From contig CAVRCF010000001.1 of the NCBI GenBank assembly GCA_963719505.1, positions 480,001 through 544,000 on the forward strand: 64,000 nucleotides of DNA, written 5' to 3'. The DNA comes from Halobacteriovoraceae bacterium (GTDB lineage: Bacteria; Bdellovibrionota; Bacteriovoracia; Bacteriovoracales; Bacteriovoracaceae). Below, one piece after another: positions 57,220 through 64,000 of the stretch (its first letter is position 1; each line of letters opens with the position of its first letter). Under the pieces are notes generated by a model. That model was given only the letters and a program-made list of their open reading frames with translations, was not told the origin of the DNA and ran no database searches. Made by a program: the position numbers and the translations under genes.

Positions 57220-57247
57220 AAAAGCCTGAGCGTTAATGCCCAGGCTT
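57220..57247 (-). terminator. Hairpin/weak terminator between recA and recX
   Basis: Minus strand AAGCCTGGGC-loop-GCTCAGGCTT followed by only a short U-tract. Confidence 0.65.
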
Positions 57248-57260
57248 AAAAGTATTAAAC

Positions 57261-58376
57261 TTATTGTAATTTTTTAGACTTCTTTGTTTTTTTCGCTGGA
57301 GCTGCTTCTACTTCTGATTCCTCAGCAATTTCGCCTGTCTCCATATTTACTGCTGCTACTGCATCTGGGTCAGTGGCTAAACCATGCTTCGCTAAAACTT
57401 TGATTCTAATCTCTTCCATGACCTGTGGGTTATCCATCAAGAATTTTTTAGAATTTTCACGACCTTGTCCAATTTTCTCATTATTGTATGAGTACCAAGC
57501 ACCAGCTTTTTCAACAATGTTCTCTTTAACAGCAAGATCAAGAAGATCACCCTCTTTAGAGATACCAGTTCCGTACATAATATCGAATTCAATTTCTCTA
57601 AATGGAGGTGCAACTTTATTTTTAACAACTTTTATTCTTGTTCTGTTTCCAGTGACATCATCACCTTCTTTGATGGCACCAATTCTTCTAATATCCATTC
57701 TTACAGAAGAGTAGAATTTAAGGGCATTTCCACCAGTTGTAGTTTCAGGGTTACCAAACATAACACCAATCTTCATTCTTAGTTGGTTAATAAAGATAAC
57801 TGTACAGTTTGATCTTGAGATTGAACCTGTTAGTTTTCTAAGGGCTTGTGACATAAGTCTTGCTTGAAGTCCCATGTGTGAATCACCCATGTCTCCTTCA
57901 AGTTCAGCTCTTGGAGTAAGTGCAGCAACTGAGTCGACAATGAGAAGATTAACTGCGCCAGATCTTACTAACATATCTGTAATTTCTAGTGCTTGCTCAC
58001 CACTGTCTGGTTGAGAAATTAGAGTATTTGGAATATCTACTCCAAGATTCGAAGCATAAGTAGTATCAAGAGCGTGCTCAGCATCTACAAAAGCTACTGT
58101 ACCACCAGCTTTCTGACATTCAGCAGCGATATGAAGTGTAAGAGTTGTTTTACCAGAAGACTCAGGTCCGTAGATTTCAACAATTCTTCCTTGAGGAATT
58201 CCACCGATACCAAGAGCAAGATCTATTCCTAGTGATCCAGTAGAAATGGCTGGCATTTTTTCTTAGGGCTCCCATCAAGTTTCATGATTGCACCTTTACC
58301 AAATTGCTTTTCAATTCCTGATAGTGCAAGGTCTAAAGCTTTCTTTTTGTTGTCGTCTGAAGTTGTGTTGTGCCAT
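57261..58376 (-). CDS. recA: Recombinase RecA; 5' region carries two compensating single-base indels
   Basis: [41 protein letters not shown] 58376 follows AGGGAG. The N-terminal [27 protein letters not shown] lies in a shifted frame between ~58370 and the A-run at 58256-58261. Confidence 0.95.
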
Positions 58377-58487
58377 GATTTTTTCTCCCTCAATTTATAA
58401 TTGTGTGATTTAAAGTTATCACTGTTGTTAGTTAGCCAAGCAATTTACGGATAAAGTACGGATGAGGTAAATACCCGAATTATTTGA

Positions 58488-58985
58488 TCAATTAAATAAA
58501 GGTAAGTAAATTTTGATCAGTACTACTGCTATACCTGCATAAAGACCACTTATGACATCATCAATTATCGTCCCAGAACCATGAAGAATTTTTTTATCAA
58601 AGTAGCTGGCCGGCCATATTTTTATGATATCAAAGGCCCTAAAGACTAAGAATACAAGACTCAAATCGAGAATATTTACGCTCGGAAAGACAAAGCACCA
58701 AGTTATTAGCATGCCGATAACCTCGTCAATGACAATCCAACCAGGGTCATGGATGTGATATTTTTTTTGAATAAAATCTGCGACAAAACACGCAAGTATT
58801 GTGAGGACGGCAATAAGCGAAATTAGTACGGATAATCCGAACTCACAGAGGAAGAATAAGTAAATGAAAGGAATTGTTGCAAGGCTTCCAGCTGTACCTG
58901 GGGCTTTGGGAGCATATCCACTTCCAAAAAATGTTAAAAATAAAAGAGAAGCCTTCTCTTTAAAAGGTTTATTTTGTTTTTTCAT
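58488..58985 (-). CDS. pgpA: Phosphatidylglycerophosphatase A
   Basis: PKAPGTAGSL, HDPGWIVIDEVIG, FRAFDIIK, IDDVISG. Confidence 0.93.
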   Translation of the reverse strand: MKKQNKPFKEKASLLFLTFFGSGYAPKAPGTAGSLATIPFIYLFFLCEFGLSVLISLIAVLTILACFVADFIQKKYHIHDPGWIVIDEVIGMLITWCFVFPSVNILDLSLVFLVFRAFDIIKIWPASYFDKKILHGSGTIIDDVISGLYAGIAVVLIKIYLPLFN

Positions 58986-59040
58986 TAGAGATAGGATAAC
59001 TTTGGCACCCCTATATGAAAATATTTAATTTGGAAACTGA

Positions 59041-60279
59041 ATGGACTTGAGTCAACTAACAAAAGACTTTCATTTTAATTGGGAATCCTTCGACATCATA
59101 GTGGGAGGTAAATCCTCTATCGATGCACAACGCTACCTTTCTCATTTTGATGGGAAAAAGTCTGCTGACAAGTTTTTGGCGGGTTACGGTTTTAATATTA
59201 CAGACCCCATTCAAGCAGCTGAACTCTTTGGTAATTTTCAAGAAGCTATTCAATTTATAAAACGCTATTTTTTAAAAGACGGTAATGACGAAGGTTTGAA
59301 TGTAAAAATTCCAAATGTTTTTTACTCCATTACAGATGTTTCAAAGCTGCTGCTTATTGCGACTCAAAAAATATCAGGGGAGACTTCTAAAGAGGAAGCT
59401 ATTTGGGCAAGTGTTATTTTAAAAGTGATGCACACGATTTTACATACTGATAAGGATCTTCGTTATCGCTATTTTACAACGATACAAACTCAAATTTTCG
59501 ATAGATTTTATCGTTTTTTACAAAGAGATGAAAACAACAAACTTTTTCTTGAGTCGGAGGACGGTGAATTCAAAATTCCCATCGTTGAGTTTGAGACAAA
59601 GTCCAAAAAAACAAGAGAAAGTACTATTATTAAGCTTCTCCATAAAAAAGAAAATGTCGCAGAGGAGCTATTCGATAGAATTGGGATAAGAATTGTCGCA
59701 AAAAATAAAATTGATGTTTTAAGGGTTATTGATTTTCTTGTACAAAACTATTTGATAATAGCTAATAATATCAAGCCTAGTCGTTCACAAAACACTCTTT
59801 TTGATATGGTAAAGTTAGAACAAAACTATGACGAATTTGTCGAAAAAAGATTGTCTCAGATTGATGAGTCAATGGTTGCCGAAGAATTAGAAGTCATTGC
59901 AAAAAACTCCCTTTTTAAACCAATAAAATCTCAAAACAATGAGCACTCATCAATTGACTATAGAGCAATTCATTTTACGTGCAGACAGCTGATTAAATAC
60001 AAGAGTCCTTTTGTAAAATCATTCAGCGATATAAAAGACCTGGCCAAAAAAGAAGACTCGGAGCTTGCTAAAAAAATTCTTAGTTTAGACACAAGCTTTG
60101 TCTCTCAAGATGTTAGATTTTTTTATCCTTACGAAGTTCAGATAACAGACCTAGAAAGCCATCAAGAGAATACTGTGGGTGAGGCTTCGCATTTAGAGTA
60201 CAAAAAATCTCAACTTCAATCAGCAATGAAGAGACTTTTCAAACCTCTTATTGACTTGAAAAAATTGGATGTTGATTAG
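59041..60279 (+). CDS. TIGR04552-type protein with RelA/SpoT-like synthetase motifs
   Basis: KTRESTIIKLLHK, FDRIGIRIV, YRAIHFT, YEVQITD, GEASHLEYK; about 410 aa. Family name assigned from recalled motifs, not from a search. Confidence 0.8.
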   Translation: MDLSQLTKDFHFNWESFDIIVGGKSSIDAQRYLSHFDGKKSADKFLAGYGFNITDPIQAAELFGNFQEAIQFIKRYFLKDGNDEGLNVKIPNVFYSITDVSKLLLIATQKISGETSKEEAIWASVILKVMHTILHTDKDLRYRYFTTIQTQIFDRFYRFLQRDENNKLFLESEDGEFKIPIVEFETKSKKTRESTIIKLLHKKENVAEELFDRIGIRIVAKNKIDVLRVIDFLVQNYLIIANNIKPSRSQNTLFDMVKLEQNYDEFVEKRLSQIDESMVAEELEVIAKNSLFKPIKSQNNEHSSIDYRAIHFTCRQLIKYKSPFVKSFSDIKDLAKKEDSELAKKILSLDTSFVSQDVRFFYPYEVQITDLESHQENTVGEASHLEYKKSQLQSAMKRLFKPLIDLKKLDVD

Positions 60280-61157
60280 GATTCAATAAATTCTATCATT
60301 CTTTCGTTCACAAACTTGGGAAAATCAACTTGAGGAACATGACTCCCATTTTTAACAAGGTAGAGTTCAGCGTTCGGTAGTGAGTCAGCTAGAAGTCTTT
60401 GAAGGTAATTGGGAATGACCTTGTCTTTGTCGCCACCAATAACAAGTGTTTTCGTTTTAATAATTTCGACCTCACCTAATATTTGATGGATTTGCATCTG
60501 ATCGAGAAGTTGAAAAAAAAGCTCGGGTCCAAGTTGACCTAATTTATTAAGGTAGACCTCTATAAATTCACTGGGAACAGTTTTGATATTAAAACCCCCA
60601 GCGTGGATAAGCTTCTTAATGATAGGGTTCCAGCCACCAAACTTCCAAAAGGTTTTAAAAGCGGCGGGGTAGGCTTTTAAAAGTTTTTTTATATAGGGTT
60701 GGACTTGGTCTACAACATTACTGTCGAACATGATGTCGTAAACAGGTATTGTCGTTCCCGATATGAGAATCTGCTTTGACGCTACATCTGGAAAGCGTTT
60801 ATTAAACTCAAGACTAATATTTACTCCCATACTGTGCCCAATTAAAATAGGATTTTTTATCTTTAAATGGTTGATGAGTCCGTAAAGATCATTTGTCATG
60901 TTCTCAAAGGTAATCGAATCAAGATCCTCGATGCCACTTGACTGATAATGTCCCCGATAGTCATGAACTAAGATTCTGTAACCTTTTTCATCAAAGTAGT
61001 CTAGCTGATGAACCCAGTGGTGGTTGCTGCAGACAAGACCGTAATTGAAAATAAGAATTCCCTCGTTGGATTCATGTTCGAACGGATCGAAGTTTGTTTG
61101 AAAAAATATCTGTTGGTTATCAAGGGTTTTAAAATAGTTTGTATAGAGGTTATTCAT
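60276..61157 (-). CDS. Alpha/beta fold hydrolase
   Basis: DYRGHYQS, GHSMG nucleophile elbow, GDKDKV, GSH. Confidence 0.9.
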   Translation of the reverse strand: MNNLYTNYFKTLDNQQIFFQTNFDPFEHESNEGILIFNYGLVCSNHHWVHQLDYFDEKGYRILVHDYRGHYQSSGIEDLDSITFENMTNDLYGLINHLKIKNPILIGHSMGVNISLEFNKRFPDVASKQILISGTTIPVYDIMFDSNVVDQVQPYIKKLLKAYPAAFKTFWKFGGWNPIIKKLIHAGGFNIKTVPSEFIEVYLNKLGQLGPELFFQLLDQMQIHQILGEVEIIKTKTLVIGGDKDKVIPNYLQRLLADSLPNAELYLVKNGSHVPQVDFPKFVNERMIEFIES

Positions 61158-61564
61158 TCTTTACTCTTTTGAATGTCCTTTAGGACACCGACTAGTTCTG
61201 GGGCTTCTTTTAAAATCTTCTCTGTTGCTGTGTTGAGCTTTTCTCTGTAAGACTCGCTAATAGTCTGTACTGCACTTGTGACAGAAAGACTGCAGCTGCC
61301 AACACTTATTTTATCTCCAATTTTTATCTCTTTAAAACCTGTTGTTCTTTTACCGTTAATAAGAATGAATTTTGTCTTTTTACTTAAGTGGCATAAAATT
61401 TTAGACTCAACAATTTCAATGAAGAAATGATTTAAATTGAGAAGTGGGTCATCGAGATAGAGGTCCGAGCCAGTATCCCTACCAAAGTAAATAAGATTTT
61501 TGTTAAAGGTGTATATACCCTTTTTATCTAGTTCTTCTGATTGTTCTACGTTGATGCTTATCAT
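61154..61564 (-). CDS. FHA-like domain protein
   Basis: IYFGR...DLYLDD...H...ILING...IGDKISVG pattern. Confidence 0.7.
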   Translation of the reverse strand: MISINVEQSEELDKKGIYTFNKNLIYFGRDTGSDLYLDDPLLNLNHFFIEIVESKILCHLSKKTKFILINGKRTTGFKEIKIGDKISVGSCSLSVTSAVQTISESYREKLNTATEKILKEAPELVGVLKDIQKSKE

Positions 61565-61592
61565 AAGCTTATTCTAGCTTGAAAGATCAACT

Positions 61593-63686
61593 TTAAACAG
61601 TGGTTGAAATCTTTTTATCTTGTGAGAGCTTATTTAATAATGGAATAAAAAGCTCTGGTTTTTTGTTTTTAACCTTGTCGACGTCTCGTTGAACTTTCTC
61701 GAAAATAGAGAAATGCTCAAAAATATTTGCAACCTTGTGAGATGAAACATTGCCGGATTGGGAGGAGCCAAAAAGATCTCCCTCTCCTCTGTTTTTTAAA
61801 TCTGCTTCGGCAATCTCGAAGCCATCATGACTTTTTTCAACAACTTTTAATCGTTTAATTCCATCTTGCGAAATATTGTTATCAGGGATTAAAAAACAAA
61901 AGCCAGCTTTCTGTCCTCTTCCAACACGGCCTCTTAACTGATGGAGGGAACTCAGTCCAAAGCGTTCAGGATTGTAAATTGCCATCACTGTTGCATTTAA
62001 GACATTAATTCCTACTTCAATAACTGAGGTGGAGACGAGAATTTGAATAAGGCCTTTATTGTAGTTTATGAGGACTTCATTTTTGTCTTCGGGCTTCATT
62101 TTCCCATGAAGAGCACGAACAGAAAACTGAGGGAAATACCTTTTATAGAGAGACTCTACTTTTTCTATATTTTTTAAATCATTTTCTTCGTTGTCCTCGA
62201 TAGCTGGGACAACAATGTATATCTGCTCTCCAAGCTCTACTCTCGTTTTCACAAAGGATAGATATTTTTCATAGGTCTGGGCATTTATAATTCTAGTCTG
62301 GGTGCCTTTTCTGTTTGAGGGAATAGTCTTGATGGTAGAAATATCAAGGTCTCCGTACTGGGCCAATTGCAAGGTTCTTGGAATTGGTGTCGCACTCATG
62401 AGGAGGCAGTGGGTTCCTTGTCCTTTAGAAACAAGTCTAAGACGTTGTTCTACGCCAAATTTGTGCTGTTCATCTATAATGGCAAGTTGCAAGTTTGAAA
62501 ATGAGACAGAGTCTTGAAAGAGTGAGTGCGTTCCTACCAGAACTTTCGTCTGAGTGCTGCTTAGTCTGTCTTGGATGAGTTTTCTTTGAGAATTCTTCGT
62601 ACTGCCAACGAGCAGGTCAATGGTAAACTTTGAACCAAGAAGATCAGTAAATGTTTTAAAGTGTTGCAGTGCTAAAGCCTCTGTCGGACACATGATTGCA
62701 ACCTGGCCTCCAGCTAAGGCGACTCCAAGAGCTGCAACTATTGCGACGGTTGTTTTTCCACACCCAACGTCTCCTTGAATTATCCTCATCATAGGATGAC
62801 CTAAAGAGAGATCCTTGAAAATTTCATGACACACTTTAGTTTGATCGGTTGTAAATTCATAAGGGAATGTTTTGATAAATTTATCTATGGAGTCTTCATC
62901 TATTTCTATTTTAGGTGCTTTGATGCTTTTTATAGACATTTTTCTAGCAACAACTTTAAGTTGATCTTTTAGGAACTCAAAATAAACCAATTCCTCTTGC
63001 GCTTTCTTAAAGAGCTCAGGGGCATATTCATCGGTTAAACCGTGAAGAGTCATAAAGGTTTGATTCAAAGAGGAAATTGAAAGCTCACTAGATAAATCTT
63101 TAGAAAAGAAGTCTAGAGGCGTGCTCCAAAGTGATGGTTGAATTTTTTGAATAAGTGACTTTAAATGGTTACCCGAGACGCCGCTGACAGTAGGGTACTC
63201 AATGAGAAGATCACTTTTATTCTCTGGAGGGTTGAGGCTTGGATTAACAACTTGAGCAATACCCTTGTAGTCAGAGACGATTCCTAAAAAAACAAACTCG
63301 TCTAGACTCTCTAGTTGATTTTTCAAGTTAGGATAGGAGTTAAACCATTTTAAGTTGAGAAAGGAGTTGCTTTTACTATCTTTTACAACTGCAGTTGCGT
63401 TGTAGAGTTGAACTTTGTTTTTGCCTTTTTTACCAAAAGCGGGAGAGATATCAACATTAATGATAGTAGCGGAACCTTTAAAATAATTGCCAACTTTCAT
63501 CTCTGAGAAAGGTTTGGTACTGGGGAGCTTTATAACTCGTAAAGGGAGAAGCCAAATGAGATCTTCTATAAGTTCTATACCAGATGCCTGAAGCTTCTGA
63601 ATCGTTTTTGTTGGCTTCTTTGGAGTTGAACAAAGAGCAGTAATACTGCTCTTCCAATTTATATTATTTGTACTCAACTTTTTCAA
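61593..63686 (-). CDS. recG: ATP-dependent DNA helicase RecG
   Basis: [62 protein letters not shown]. Confidence 0.95.
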   Translation of the reverse strand: MKKLSTNNINWKSSITALCSTPKKPTKTIQKLQASGIELIEDLIWLLPLRVIKLPSTKPFSEMKVGNYFKGSATIINVDISPAFGKKGKNKVQLYNATAVVKDSKSNSFLNLKWFNSYPNLKNQLESLDEFVFLGIVSDYKGIAQVVNPSLNPPENKSDLLIEYPTVSGVSGNHLKSLIQKIQPSLWSTPLDFFSKDLSSELSISSLNQTFMTLHGLTDEYAPELFKKAQEELVYFEFLKDQLKVVARKMSIKSIKAPKIEIDEDSIDKFIKTFPYEFTTDQTKVCHEIFKDLSLGHPMMRIIQGDVGCGKTTVAIVAALGVALAGGQVAIMCPTEALALQHFKTFTDLLGSKFTIDLLVGSTKNSQRKLIQDRLSSTQTKVLVGTHSLFQDSVSFSNLQLAIIDEQHKFGVEQRLRLVSKGQGTHCLLMSATPIPRTLQLAQYGDLDISTIKTIPSNRKGTQTRIINAQTYEKYLSFVKTRVELGEQIYIVVPAIEDNEENDLKNIEKVESLYKRYFPQFSVRALHGKMKPEDKNEVLINYNKGLIQILVSTSVIEVGINVLNATVMAIYNPERFGLSSLHQLRGRVGRGQKAGFCFLIPDNNISQDGIKRLKVVEKSHDGFEIAEADLKNRGEGDLFGSSQSGNVSSHKVANIFEHFSIFEKVQRDVDKVKNKKPELFIPLLNKLSQDKKISTTV

Positions 63687-63999
63687 TTTCGTATTCGATA
63701 TTACCTTTTGGGGCTCTTACTATAGCTTCGTCACCCTCTTCTTTTCCAATGAGAGCTTTTCCAAGGGGACTGCTAAATGAGATCTTATTCGGATCAGTCA
63801 TGGCTTCATCTTCGCCAACGATTTGAATCGTAGTCGTCTCGTCATTCTCGACATGAGTTATCGTTACAGTCGCACCGAAAACAATTTTCTCATTTGTCGA
63901 TTTTTTAGGGTCTATAACATTGGCCGTTGCGAGTTTTCCTTGGATCTCACCAATTCTTCCCTCAACATGTCCTTGTTGTTCTTTAGCTGCATGATATTC
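63664..63999 (-). CDS. greA: Transcription elongation factor GreA (3' part; start outside window)
   Basis: Minus-strand translation [16 protein letters not shown]...VFGATVT...IVGEDEA...[14 protein letters not shown]...APKG; stop at 63664. Not in the ORF track. Confidence 0.95.
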   Translation of the reverse strand, partial: EYHAAKEQQGHVEGRIGEIQGKLATANVIDPKKSTNEKIVFGATVTITHVENDETTTIQIVGEDEAMTDPNKISFSSPLGKALIGKEEGDEAIVRAPKGNIEYEIEKVEYK

Positions 64000-64000
64000 T

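Noticed and set aside
59003-59018. TGGCAC upstream of the TIGR04552-type gene as a sigma54 promoter
   Set aside because: No GC at the required -12 position; the sequence reads TG there.
151-62517. The many 60-115 aa antisense or overlapping ORFs in the track
   Set aside because: They lie within or overlap well-supported genes and show no recognisable motifs.
1-64000. tRNA, rRNA, CRISPR array, riboswitch or prophage genes
   Set aside because: Intergenic gaps are all under about 240 nt and I saw no such signatures by eye. An Infernal/tRNAscan run would be needed to exclude small RNAs.

Overview
Gene-dense, AT-rich bacterial chromosome, almost entirely coding. Gene content and order suggest a predatory Bdellovibrionota of the Bacteriovorax/Halobacteriovorax type; this assignment is an inference. 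In order, the window holds: the end of a Bat/VWA operon (DUF58, BatA, a BatB-C fusion, BatD); an in-frame RibF-shikimate dehydrogenase fusion; a Myxococcus-style type IVa pilus cluster (pilBTC, pilA, inverted pilG-like gene, pilHI, pilD, pilMNOPQ) lacking pilS/pilR; aroQ-efp-accBC; tamB plus an Omp85; rplM-rpsI; a degenerate UvrA paralogue; a membrane-anchored metzincin module; lon; rpoZ; fadD; alaS; a four-gene kinase/nucleotidyltransferase/glycosyltransferase block between ung and alaS; ung-recX-recA-pgpA; a RelA/SpoT-like TIGR04552-type protein; recG; and partial greA. pilD, pilN and recA carry six single-base indels in total, most likely assembly errors. Four sigma28-like promoters occur in the scarce intergenic DNA. 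I saw no rRNA, tRNA, CRISPR array or transposase. The best candidates for new biology are the glyco-modification block (49820-56120), the stand-alone alarmone-synthetase-like gene, the metzincin with its TIMP-like neighbour, apparent FliA control of the pilus, and the RibF-AroE fusion.
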